This document shows positions 38,753 through 49,366 of a stretch of DNA of 64,000 bases, piece after piece (position 1 is the first letter of the stretch; each line of letters starts with the position of its first letter). Source of the stretch: Alphaproteobacteria bacterium. GTDB taxonomy: Bacteria > Pseudomonadota > Alphaproteobacteria > MPNO01. The notes under the pieces were generated by a model, which saw only the letters and a list, made by a program, of their open reading frames with translations, searched no databases and was not told the origin of the DNA. The position numbers were made by a program, and so were the translations under genes. The DNA lies in assembly GCA_965248835.1 (NCBI GenBank), contig CBDFLJ010000001.1:224001-288000 (forward strand), read 5' to 3'.

Positions 38753-40109
38753 AGAGGTGGCGCCGGAAAATCGGACAGGTAGCTAAGGTGTATTCCACCG
38801 CCTGACGGAGGAATACAGATGAGCAGCAAACGACGCAGATTTTCAGGGGAGCTGAAGGCGAAGGTGGCGTTGGCGGCGCTTCGGGGCGACCGGACGCTTC
38901 AGGAGATCGCCTCGCAGCATCAGGTTCATCCGAACCAGGTAGGCGCCTGGAAGCGCCAGGCGATGGAGGGTCTGGTGGAGGTATTCTCGAAGGGCGCCGA
39001 GCGTCGGGTCCGGGACCATGAGAGCGAGGTCCGCGATCTTCACGCCAAGATCGGGGAGCTGATCGTGGAGCGGGATTTTTTATCGCGCGGGTCCGGTCGA
39101 TGAGCCGGTCGGAGCGCCGCGCGATGGTTGTGCGCGACCACCCGGCGCTGAACCTGAGCCGGCAATGCCGCCTGCTGTCGCTCGGGCGTTCCTCGCTCTA
39201 CTACAAGCCCAAGGGCGAGAGCGCGGAGACGCTCGTGCTGATGCGGCGGATCGACGAGTTGTTCCTGAAGTACCCGTTTTACGGCGCCCGTCGGATGGCA
39301 CTTCACCTGCGCCGCAAGGGCGTGTGCATCGGCCGGCGCCGGGCCGGGCGGCTGATGCGCCTGATGGGACTTCAGGCAATCTATCGGGCGCCGCGCACCA
39401 GCGATCCGCACCCCGAGCACCGGGTCTGGCCCTATCTGCTCAGGAGCTTGACGATCGAACGACCGAACCATGTCTGGTGTGCCGACATCACCTACATCCC
39501 GGTGCAGCGCGGCTTCCTTTACCTGGTGGCGATCATGGACTGGGCGAGCCGGTTCGTCCTGGCCTGGCGGCTGTCGAACACGCTGGACGCGAGCTTCTGC
39601 ACAGACGCGCTCGACGAGGCCCTGGCCCGGCATGGCGCACCGGAGATATTCAACACCGACCAGGGCAGCCAGTTCACCAGCTTCGCCTTCACCGGGCGCT
39701 TGCAGGCGCCCGGCATCCGGGTCTCGATGGATGGCAGGGGCCGGTGCATGGACAATATCTTTATCGAGCGGCTGTGGCGTTCACTCAAATACGAGGCGAT
39801 CTATCTCCACGAGATCGCCGACGGCTTCACGGCCCGGCGACTGATCGCTGAATGGGTCAGCTTCTACAACACCGAGAGGCCGCACTCGGCGCTGGGTGGG
39901 AGAACCCCGGCCGAGGCCTGGCGAGGCGAGACGCCTGTGGATATGATGGACAAGCCGCTTCGCGCCTTGCCCTTGAACGCATGCGTTCAAGCCCCACAGG
40001 CGCAGCAACAACAGGAAGATCGCATGAAAGGGATTCTGGCGGCCTGATCGATAACCGGAATACACCTTAACTCAGCCGCCAGGCTGTCCGAAAAGGTGGA
40101 GCCACCTCA
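38753..40109 (+). mobile_element. IS3-family IS (orfA 38819..39103, orfB 39100..40047)
   Basis: TIRs AGAGGTGG..TCGGACAG / TGAGGTGG..TCGGACAG; 3-bp direct repeat GAC (38750-52, 40110-12); WCADITY, NTDQGSQFTS, DNIFIERLW. Confidence 0.93.
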
Positions 40110-40870
40110 GACGTCTATGGCGCCGGTCTCGATCTCGAGGCGTTGACCAAGCTATGGAAGGAGAGATTAACCGAGATCCGGCAGATGCGGGTGAACCGCC
40201 CGGGCGGTGTGATCGACACGGTGCTCCCGCAGGTCACGCGGGCGGTCGCGGCGAGCACGCTCGCGGCGGTGACCGGGCGCATCGAGGCGGTCGCCTCGGG
40301 CAACGTGCCGGCGGCGACGGCCAGCATTGCCGGTCAATCGACGCTCTACCATGTCCTGAAATCGAACCAGCAGGCGCTGGAGGACGGCACGCTCGACCTG
40401 GCACGGGTGCTGGGCAGCTCGTCCTTCGCGCTCTCGCTCAACGCGGCGGAAGGCGGCAAGGTCGGCGGTGTCGGCGACATCGGGGTCTGGGGCCGCGGCG
40501 ATTACCGCAGTCTCTCGGGCGGTGATAGCAGCGCGGTGGAATGGGACGGCGACCTGTGGAGTGCCCATCTCGGCGCCGATACGCGGCTGCGCGAGAACCT
40601 GCTGGCCGGTCTTTCGGGCTCGATCTCCAGGGGTTCGTTCGACTACACGGACGGGAGCACCGGCACTGCGGCGGGCGGCACGCTCAAGAACCGTATGACC
40701 AGCGTGAACCCCTATGCGAGCTGGTCGGTGAACGAAGGTTTCAGTCTCTGGGGGACGGTTGGCTACGGCTGGGGCGAGCTTGAAATCGACGACGATGGCG
40801 GGATCCCGGAGTTGAGCGACCTGACGCAGTGGTCGGCGGCGCTGGGCGCGAGCGGCACGCTGCTCTCTAG

Positions 40871-42482
40871 CCCGATCTATTCATCCTGTCGGTGATTTTC
40901 GATGCTGCGGGCGTGGCGCGAACGGGTGGCTGACGCGGTGGTGCGTCTGTTTTCGGCTTTGTCTTGTCAGGCGTTTGGGGTTGAAGATCGTCGGGTTCGA
41001 GGGACACGCGGCCCCTGTGTTCAGGGTCCGGCGGTTGCGAGACGCCCGATCAGCAGGCGGAAGAGCGCGGCGTCGGGGCAGGCCGAGGCGAATTGGATGC
41101 GGACGCGGGCGGCCTTTTCGACGACGCGGGCGCCGATCTTGATCAGGCACAGCCTGAGGGTAGCGAACTCGGCTCTGGCGAGAGGCGCTGCTTGTGGAAT
41201 GGCGCTGCGCAGGGCGAGCATCAGCCAGTAGGCGCAGGTGTGCAGGACCAGCCTGAGCTGGTTGGCGGTCGGGCTCTGGCAAGAGGTTCGGTCGGAGGCG
41301 AGTTGGGTCTTGTGCAGCTTGATCAGGTTTTCGGCCTGGCCGCGGGCACAGTAGACATCTTCGTAGAGATGACGGGCCTCGCCGGTCAGCGAGGTGACGA
41401 TGGTGCGGGCATCGAAGCCGCGGGGGGTGGCCTCGAGACGGGCGACGACCCGGCGGTTGCGCTTCCAGGAGCCGGCGGCGTAGTCGAAGGCGGCAAAGGT
41501 CCGCATCTTTTCGGCGCCGGCTTTGGCGCGGCGCACCTTGAGGTCGTCGGCCGCCTCGTCCGCCAGAGCGCGCAGCACGCTGTTGCCCGCCAGGCCGAAG
41601 ATGTAATCGACGCCGTTGTCCTCGCACCACGCCATGGCCTCCGGCCGGCCGTAGTGGGAGTCTCCCCGGAAGACGATGCGGGTGCGCGGCCAGTGCCGGC
41701 GGATGCGGCGGACCAGATGCTTGAGGACGCTGCGAACCTCGGCTCCCGAGGGTGTCTTGCCCGGGCGCAGGAGAACCGCCACCGGCTTGCCGCTCTCGAC
41801 ATGGTAGACGTGGATGGGCAGGAAGCAGCGGGTGTCGTAATGGGCGTTGAACAGCGACAGCTGCTGGTGGCCATGCACCGGATCGCAGGTGTCGTCGATG
41901 TCCAGGGTGATGGTGGCGGGAGGCGCGGGGAAGCTGCGGCAGAAGATATCGACCAGCGCCGCCGTCATCTGCGCCGCCTCGATCCGCGAGGGCATGTTCT
42001 CCAGCCGACACATGGTCGGTTGCGAACACAACTCGCGGCCGCTTTCCGGCGCCTGCCCCACCGCAAGCTTGAACAGAGGGTCCGATCGCAAGCGGTCGCA
42101 ATCGTCGGCATCCTCGTAGCCGCAGGCGATCGCGAACATGCGAAAGCGCACCATCTCGGCCAGCGTGTGGGTGATCAGCGCCGGATCGCGACGATCCCGA
42201 ATGCACCCGGCCAGCAGACCGGCCAGGCCCAGACGGCGTTCCGCCTCGCGCAGCAGAACCAGGCCACCGTCAGAGGAGATCAGGCCGCCGTCGAAGGCAG
42301 CGCGCACTTTCTTGCGCCGGACGGCTGGCAGATCAAAGGCAAAAAGGCTATCGTCCGTCATGGTGGGTGTGGCGGTTCGTTGTTCGCGAAGAAACTCGCC
42401 TCGACAACGAATTTCTACACGATGACAACGAGTTACGCCATGCCCACCAACCCAAAATCAGGGTCGGAGTGAATAATCCAGG
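40871..42482 (-). mobile_element. IS1380-family IS with intact transposase (41021..42361)
   Basis: TIRs CCCGATCTATTCA / CCTGGATTATTCA; CTAG direct repeat (40867-70, 42483-86); FDGG.ISSDGG, LDIDDT.D..HG.QQ, RGDSHY, Y..RGQAEN.IK. Confidence 0.95.
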
Positions 42483-43354
42483 CTAGTGACGATCTGATCA
42501 AAGGCGGTACGACAAGACTCACGCTCAAGGGCGAGGGCTCGCTGACGCGGGTCGACGTCGAGGGTAATGGCGCCGACATCAACGAGCTGACGGTGGATGC
42601 CAGCACGGTGCGGCTCGGCCTCGAGGGCAGCCATGCGCACAAACTCGCCTCGGGCGGCACGTTGACGCCCGCGGTCGAGCTTGGTCTTCGCCATGACGGC
42701 GGCGGCGGCGAGACCGGCGCCGGCGTCGAGCTCGGCGGCAGCCTCCGCTACCACGACCCGGCGAGCGGTCTTACCGTCGAGGGCCACAGCCGCACCGTGC
42801 TGGTCCATGGCGGCAACTACGAGGAATGGGGCATCGGCGGTCTGGTCCGGCTCGATCTGGGTGCTGCCCGCCGAGGTTTGTCTCTGAGCCTGCAACCGGC
42901 CTGGGGCGAGACCCAAAGCGGCGTGCAGCGGTTGTGGCAAGACGGCGTGACCGGCCGCCCGGCCAACGATAACCAGGCGCAAGGCCGCCTCGAGGGGCAA
43001 CTCGGCTATGGCTTCGGCGTGTTCGGCGGCCGGGGGGTGCTGACCCCCTATGGCGGCCTCTCGCTCGCCGGTGAAGGGGCTCGACGCTACACCCTGGGCG
43101 GCCGGCTTGACGTGGCGCCGTCGCTCAACCTGTCGGTCGAAGCCCGGCGCCGCGAGGCCGCCAATGACGATGCCCCCGATCACGGCGTCATACTGCGGGG
43201 CCAACGGCGCTTCTGACCGCCGCGGGCGACGTCGGTCGACAATCGTTACGCCGAGGCGGCCTTGGTCCTTCGCGCGCCGGCCTTCAGGATGGCGGCGATG
43301 CTCGAGGTTACCTGTTCCGCCGCCGCCTGCACCGGGTCGGCGGCGAGACGAGCG

Positions 43355-43747
43355 GTACGCATCCGGTGACGACCACGGTCGGCGTGGTTTTCAGATGAAG
43401 CCGGGATGATTTTTCGGTCAGACGGCGAGGTCTTGTTCGGCGGCCGCTTTCCAGTTCCAAGGGAGGAGTTCTTCGATGCGCGAGGCGGTGTGGTCGTTGA
43501 TCCGTCGGAGGACGTCTTCGAGCCAGGCTCGGGGATCGACGTCATTGAGTTGGGCGGTCTCGATCAGGGTGTAGACGGCGGCGGCGCGCTGGCCGCCGCG
43601 GTCGGACCCGGCGAAGGTCCAGTTGCGGCGCCCGATGGCGATGCCTCTGAGGGCGCGCTCGGCGGCATTGTTGGAGAGGCAGATACGGCCGTCGTCGATA
43701 AAGCGGGTGAAGCTGGGCCAGCGCTCGAGCATATAGTCCATGGCCTT
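43355..43747 (-). pseudogene. IS66 tnpC C-terminal remnant with right end
   Basis: DGRICLSNNAAERALRGIAIGRRNWTFAGSD.GG; end CACCGGATGCGTAC at 43355. Confidence 0.85.
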
Positions 43748-43772
43748 AGGGTCTAGACCCATAAAAGAGCTT
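43748..43772 (+). mobile_element. Orphan IS5 left end
   Basis: AGGGTCTAGACCCATAAAAGAGCTT closely matches the reverse complement of 1257-1281. Confidence 0.6.
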
Positions 43773-44798
43773 CCTGCTTATCCGAGACACTCCGCCTGAG
43801 GAGATGTATGTTCTCGATATGTTCTGTCTATGGAGGTCACGGCTATGGGGTTCCAGGTTGCATCGCGGGAGCGTGGTCTGAGCGACGAGGCGTTTCGCGA
43901 GGCCTTCGGCACCGAGGAGCAGTGGCGCTCGGCGCTGGTCCGGCTGCGCTGGCCGGACGGCTTCGTCTGCCCCTGCTGCGGCCATCGCGGGCATTGCGTG
44001 CTGGCCGGTCGGGGGCTCTATCAATGCAACCGGTGCAAGACGCAGACATCGCCCACGGCGGGCACGATCTTCCACGCGACCAAGCTGCCGCTGACACTGT
44101 GGTTCGCAGCCATCCACCTGATCGTGACGGCGAAGGACGGCATCTCGTCGGTGGAACTCGGCCGCCGTCTCGGGGTCAAGCAGCCGACGGCCTGGACCGT
44201 GAAGCACAAGATCATGGCGGTGATGGCGCGGCGCGAGGGGGAGACACGGCTTACGGGGCGGGTCGAGACGGACGACGCCTATCTTGGCGGGGCGCACTCC
44301 GGCGGCAAGCGGGGCCGCGGCGCGCCAGGCAAGACGCCCTTCGTGGCGGCGGTTTCAACCAGTTCCGAGGGGCGCCCGCGCAAGGTGAAGCTGGCGCCGG
44401 TCAAGGGTTTCCGCAAGCGCGAGATCGCGCGCGGCGCCAAGCACTGGCTGGCCCCTGGGACGGCGGTTGTGACGGACGGCCTGGGCTGTTGGAGCGCACT
44501 CGACGACGCCGCCTGCAGCCATCGGGCGATCCGCACCGGGTCCGGTCGACAGGCGGCCCGCATGGCGCCATTCAAATGGGTCAACACGACGCTCGGCAAC
44601 ATCAAGTGCGCGATCACCGGGACCTATCGCAAGCTCGGCCCCGACCATGCCGAACGCTACCTCGCCAGTTTCGCTTGGCGCTACAACCGGCGCTATCAAC
44701 TCCAGACGATGATCCCGCGTTTCGTCCATAGCGCCGCACGAACCGAGCCCATGCCCTATCGCTTGCTCATCGCCGGATGACTTTCACGGATAAGCAGG
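43773..44798 (+). mobile_element. IS1595-family IS (transposase 43830..44780)
   Basis: Perfect TIR CCTGCTTATCCG; zinc ribbon CPCC..QCNRC; VE.DDAY.GG, VTDG, RYL..F.WRYNRR. Confidence 0.92.
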
Positions 44799-44803
44799 TA
44801 ACG

Positions 44804-46003
44804 TTATGGCGCGGAACCAGACGCGCCGTTCTTCCCCGACTCACCCTCCATCAGCGCGGTGATTGTTTCCCCGATCCGTTCCGCCGCCGTTTGAATCTCG
44901 CTGTCCCCTACATGGGCGTAGCGGAGCGTCATCCTCAGCTGCTTGTGGCCGAGCAGCCGCGCGACCACCGGGAGCGGGACGCCCTGCATGACGGCGTGGC
45001 TGGCGAATGTATGGCGGAGATCGTGCAGCCGGACATCCTCGATCCCGACTTTCTTCCTCACAGAATTCCACACCGTGAGATCGCCGCGACGAGGGTGCTG
45101 CGGATTGACCGGTGATGGAAACACATAGGCGCTTTCCTTGCGTGGTTGACGCCCGATGACGCCGCAGGCCTCTGTGTTCAGGAATACCCGCCTCGGCCCG
45201 GTCTTGCTGTCCTCGAGGTGGAGGGCATCGTCTTTCACTTCCCGCCACCGCAGGCCCATGATCTCCCCCTTTCGACACCCGGTCAGCAACAGCAGGCGGA
45301 TGATGTCCGCCTGCCGCCTCTGGGACAGCGACCCGACGGCATAGCCGCCGAGCACTTCATGCAGACGGCGGATCTCCCTCCGTGAGAGGAACCGTGTGAG
45401 CTTCGGGCGCGGGTTTCGCCTGACCCCGCGCGTCGGGTTGGCCGCGATGCAGCCTCGCTGGACCGCATGGTTCATGGTCTGGCGAAGGACATCCAACGCC
45501 CTGTTGGCACTGCCCGGCGCTGTCCGGCTGTAGCTGTCGAACCACCAGTTCACCTCGACACGGGTGATCCGGTCGAGGGCCAAGACCCCGAAAGCCGGCA
45601 GCAGCTGGTTGTTCAGGACGATGTCCGTTCGTCTTTGCGTCGATGCCTTGAAGCGAGCGTAACAGGCCGCCCTCCATGGACCGTTGACGAACGCCGCGAA
45701 CGTCAGGGCCTCGCAGGTTTGGCCTTCTGGCCTGGCGGTCGACGCCGAGACCTCGATCTTGAGACATTCCCGGCGGGCTTCCTCGACCGTCCTCAGGGAC
45801 GCCGGGCCCAGGGTGATCCTGCTCACCCGGCCATCGACCTTGCGATGGTAGACATAACCCCGATGCCCCGAGGGCCGGACCCGCACACCGAATCCGCCGA
45901 CCCGGCTGTCCCAGACGGTATATTCATTGGGCCTTGGCTTGAGCTTCGTGATCGCGGCGTCGGTCAGGCGCATCTTCCGCGCGCCTGCTTTCGCAGTCGC
46001 CAT
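44804..46003 (-). CDS. Tyrosine integrase with arm-DNA-binding domain (integrase B)
   Basis: GFGVRV.PSG N-domain; TGCRKGE, DSKTG, HDLRH, LLGH..LRY catalytic residues. Confidence 0.92.
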   Translation of the reverse strand: MATAKAGARKMRLTDAAITKLKPRPNEYTVWDSRVGGFGVRVRPSGHRGYVYHRKVDGRVSRITLGPASLRTVEEARRECLKIEVSASTARPEGQTCEALTFAAFVNGPWRAACYARFKASTQRRTDIVLNNQLLPAFGVLALDRITRVEVNWWFDSYSRTAPGSANRALDVLRQTMNHAVQRGCIAANPTRGVRRNPRPKLTRFLSRREIRRLHEVLGGYAVGSLSQRRQADIIRLLLLTGCRKGEIMGLRWREVKDDALHLEDSKTGPRRVFLNTEACGVIGRQPRKESAYVFPSPVNPQHPRRGDLTVWNSVRKKVGIEDVRLHDLRHTFASHAVMQGVPLPVVARLLGHKQLRMTLRYAHVGDSEIQTAAERIGETITALMEGESGKNGASGSAP

Positions 46004-46006
46004 CGC

Positions 46007-47131
46007 TCAGCCCTCGCCGAGAACAGAGCCCACGGTCTCAGCCGCCTCGCGGACCACCCCATCGGCAAGATGGGTGTATTTGAGGGTGGTCCCCGGATCG
46101 TTATGCCCGAGCAGCCTACCGATCGTCAGCACGGTCTCGCCGCGCATCAGGGCGATGCTGGCATAGGAATGACGGAGATCGTGCAGCCGGACATCGCATA
46201 ATCCCGCCTCCACCCGAACCCGCTGCCAGAAAGGGCCGATCGCCGAAGCGCTCAAGAACCCGTCCTTCCGGGGCGACGGGAACACCCAGCCCGTCCGGCG
46301 GGACAGCCGGTTCAGCACATCTTTGGCGGCGGACGACAGCCAGACCGTTCGCGGTCCGGTCTTGCTGTCGCGCAGAAACAGCTTACCCTCCCGGAAGCAT
46401 GACCATTCGAGTGTCAGAACTTCGCTCTTGCGGCACCCGGTCAACAGCAACAGCCGGATGAAGGACACGTGAAGAGGGTAGTCGGCTTCATGGCGGTCCA
46501 GAACCACAGCCAGTCTGCGCAACTCCGGCGCCGACAGAAACCGCTCCCGCCCCCGGCGCCGGTAGCGTCTGATGCCCTTGCAGGGATTGCTGTCCTCGGG
46601 CCGGTAGCCGTAGACCTCGGCCTGGCCCATGATCACGGACAGGATCGGGGCCGAACGGTCCGCCGCCGCAGGCGTTGCATGAAGGGCCGCGAACCATTCC
46701 TGCACGTCCTTTCCGGTGATTTCGGTGATCTGCATCCCCCTGAACCAGGGCAGGATCTGGTTCCGGTAATACTCCCAGTTGACCTTCACCGTTCGCGGCT
46801 TCCAGTTCCTCCCATAGCGTCGGAACACTTCCTCGGCGACGGCCTCGAAGACGGTCTCTTCCAGTATCGCGGGCGCGTGTTCACCATGCCGGATTGCCGC
46901 CAACAGCGCCGCCGCCCGGGAGCGGGCCTCCTCGACGCCTATGTCCTCTGCCTCGCCGATCATCTTCCAGACACGTCGGCCCCGGTACTGGCTGTGTATG
47001 AAGTAGCTCTTGCCGCCCGAGGGCAGCACCCGCACACCAAAGCCCTTCAGGGTCCGATCGCGGACATCGTAAGCGGACCGGCCGGGCTTGAGCCCCTGGA
47101 CTCGGGTCTGGTCGAGATGGATGCTCGGCAT
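46007..47131 (-). CDS. Tyrosine integrase with arm-DNA-binding domain (integrase A)
   Basis: GFGVRVLPSG; TGCRKSE, DSKTG, HDLRH, LLGH..LKY; GGAGG RBS; 3 bp from integrase B. Confidence 0.92.
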   Translation of the reverse strand: MPSIHLDQTRVQGLKPGRSAYDVRDRTLKGFGVRVLPSGGKSYFIHSQYRGRRVWKMIGEAEDIGVEEARSRAAALLAAIRHGEHAPAILEETVFEAVAEEVFRRYGRNWKPRTVKVNWEYYRNQILPWFRGMQITEITGKDVQEWFAALHATPAAADRSAPILSVIMGQAEVYGYRPEDSNPCKGIRRYRRRGRERFLSAPELRRLAVVLDRHEADYPLHVSFIRLLLLTGCRKSEVLTLEWSCFREGKLFLRDSKTGPRTVWLSSAAKDVLNRLSRRTGWVFPSPRKDGFLSASAIGPFWQRVRVEAGLCDVRLHDLRHSYASIALMRGETVLTIGRLLGHNDPGTTLKYTHLADGVVREAAETVGSVLGEG

Positions 47132-47221
47132 CGTTCTTTCCTCCTGCGGACTGTTGCAGGCGGGGAAAAAGCGGCCATCGCTGTCGCCCGGATCTGCAAC
47201 TGCACGAGGAAAAAAGACACT

Positions 47222-48358
47222 CTACATCAATAGGATAGCACCGCAGGGTGCGGCGGCGGTGTAGGCCACGCGGATCCGGGCATGGAGCACGGGGATGTCG
47301 TAGACCCCGGTCTGGACCCGCGGTCCCAGGACCACGGGCACCATCGGCCCGATGCCGCCGGGATAGGCGCCGAGATTGGCGATCGTATCGACCTTGAGCG
47401 CGAGGAAGCGGCCGCGGGCGTCAAGCGCGAGCGCGGCGGTGCTCGAGTTGTCGCGGCCGTGCGGGTCGCTCACGAACCCCTCGGACCGCTCGCAGGTCCA
47501 TTTGACCGGTCGCCCGGTGCGGCGCGCGCACCAGGGGACGTAGAAGCATTCCGGGATCGGCGCGCCGCGGGTGCCGAAACCGCCGCCCATGTCGCGACAG
47601 ACCACCCGCACGGTTTCGCGCGGCAGGTTCATGATCTGCTCGGCCAGCATGGTCTTCGCGCGGTGGGGCATCTGGGTGGTCGCATGGACGGTAAAGCGGC
47701 CGGTCGCCGGATCGAAGGTGGCCGCCGCGCCGCGTGGCTCCATCGGGTTGATGATCACCCGGTTGTTGACCGCCTCGATCGTCACGACATGGGAAGCGGC
47801 CGCGAAAACTTCGTCCGTGGCGGCCTCATCGCCGTAGTCGACATCGGCGCACAGGTTGCCCTGCGCGCCTTCCCACACGATCGGCGCCCCGGGTTCGAGC
47901 GCGGCCGCCAGATCGACGACGGCCGGCAGCGGCTCGAACGCGACTTCGACCAGCGCCGCGGCGTCGCGCGCCTGCGGGTCGGTCTCGGCCACGACCAGGG
48001 CGATGGCTTCGCCGACATGGCGGACTCGATCCGACGCCAGCAGCGCGTTGTCGGGCATGAACAGCCCGGTGCCCTCACGATGGCGGTAGGCGCCGCCCTC
48101 GATGCCGAAGAAATCGATCGCCGGGCTGCCGAAGCCCTCCTCGCGCAGATCCTCCGCCGTCAGCACGGCCAGCACGCCCGGTGCGGCGCGGGCCGCATCG
48201 GTTGCCAACGACAGGACGCGCGCGTGGGCATGGGGCGAGCGGACCACCTGCAGCCACGCCGCGCCCGGCAGGTCGAGATCGCCGGTGTAGTTGCCCTGCC
48301 CGCGGACCAGGCGGCGGTCCTCCACCAGCAGGACGGACTGTCCGATCCCGAATTGCAT
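47222..48358 (-). pseudogene. CoxL-like Mo-hydroxylase large subunit, 3' half missing
   Basis: MQFGIGQSV..VEDRRL.RG.G.Y, LWEGA.GN-like region, DMGGGFG; similarity ends at AAPCGA just before the expected YRGAGR. Confidence 0.88.
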
Positions 48359-48399
48359 GCCCGACCTCCCCCGATCCGCGCCGTGACCCGGGCAGGCGC

Positions 48400-49329
48400 C
48401 TAGCCCGGCGCGTACTTGCCGCCTGTCTGGACGGTATGCGGGCCATCGCCGCCGGCCTCGGCATGCTGACGCCGGGTTATCCGCTCCCAGGTCCGCTTCA
48501 GATCGTCGCGCACCGTGATCGCGAGCCGGCCGATCCCTTCGATCTCGAGCTCGATCCGGTCGCCGTCCTGGAACGGGTGCAGGCCGCGGTGGTTGGTGCC
48601 GGTCGCCAGGATGTCGCCGACCTCCAGCGGGTGGATCGCGCTGATCCATTCGATGCAGCGGGTGATCGGGTGGGCCATGTCGTCGGTGTTGAAGTCCTGC
48701 ATCAGATCGCCGTTGTTCCACAGCCTGACCCGGAGCTTCTGAGGATCGGCAATCTCGTCGGCGGTCACGATCCACGGCCCGATCGGCGCGAAGGTCTCGC
48801 GCGACTTGACCTGGTAGAACGTGTTGCCGGACGGTGGCAGCCCACGCGCCGAACCGTCGATGAAGGCGGTGTAGCCGAAGATGTGGTCCATCGCATCTGC
48901 AGCGCCGACATGGCTGGCCCGCTTGCCGATGACCACCGCGAGTTCGGCCTCGCCCTCGAAGACGGTCGCCGGCGCATCGGGCAGGACCATCGTGTCGCCG
49001 TGGCCGATCACCGCGCCCGGTGATTTATGGAACGCGTTGATTTGCGCCGGCGCGTCGCGGGTCCCGTCTTCCATGTAGTTGACCGCCATGCAGTCGATGT
49101 TGCGCGGCCGCGGCAGGGGTGGGCGGATCCGCACGCTGTCCACGGGCACCCCTTCGCCCCGCGAAGCCGCCTCCAGGGCGGCACGATAGTCCTCGAACCG
49201 CGCGATCAGGCCGGCAATGACGTCGTGCGGGCCGAGCCGCGGGATATCGGCGACCACGTCGGAGACATCGACCACGCGGTCACCGACCAGGACGCCCAGG
49301 TTGAAGTCGTTGAAGAACAGGAGTTTCAT
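48400..49329 (-). CDS. Fumarylacetoacetate hydrolase-family protein
   Basis: C.AVNY, F.KSP, EGEAELAVVIG, DGSAR, KSRETFAPIGP, GDILATGT. Confidence 0.9.
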   Translation of the reverse strand: MKLLFFNDFNLGVLVGDRVVDVSDVVADIPRLGPHDVIAGLIARFEDYRAALEAASRGEGVPVDSVRIRPPLPRPRNIDCMAVNYMEDGTRDAPAQINAFHKSPGAVIGHGDTMVLPDAPATVFEGEAELAVVIGKRASHVGAADAMDHIFGYTAFIDGSARGLPPSGNTFYQVKSRETFAPIGPWIVTADEIADPQKLRVRLWNNGDLMQDFNTDDMAHPITRCIEWISAIHPLEVGDILATGTNHRGLHPFQDGDRIELEIEGIGRLAITVRDDLKRTWERITRRQHAEAGGDGPHTVQTGGKYAPG

Positions 49330-49342
49330 CGGTTTCCTCGCA

Positions 49343-49366
49343 CAGGATCAGGATCAGGATCAGGAT
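49343..49366. repeat. Microsatellite (CAGGAT)x4
   Basis: Four exact copies spanning the CMD stop codon. Confidence 0.85.

Larger units (their letters stand above)
38744..43216 (+). pseudogene. Autotransporter beta-barrel gene interrupted by IS3 and IS1380
   Basis: Removing both ISs gives one frame: MTDVYGAGLDLEALTK...VWGRGDYRSLSGG...LLSSDDLIKGGTTRL...TPAVELGLRHDGG...GQRRF, ending in Phe. Confidence 0.8.

Noticed and set aside
47222-48775. 517-aa ORF
   Set aside because: The first 139 aa overlap the FAH gene out of frame; the real start is 48358.
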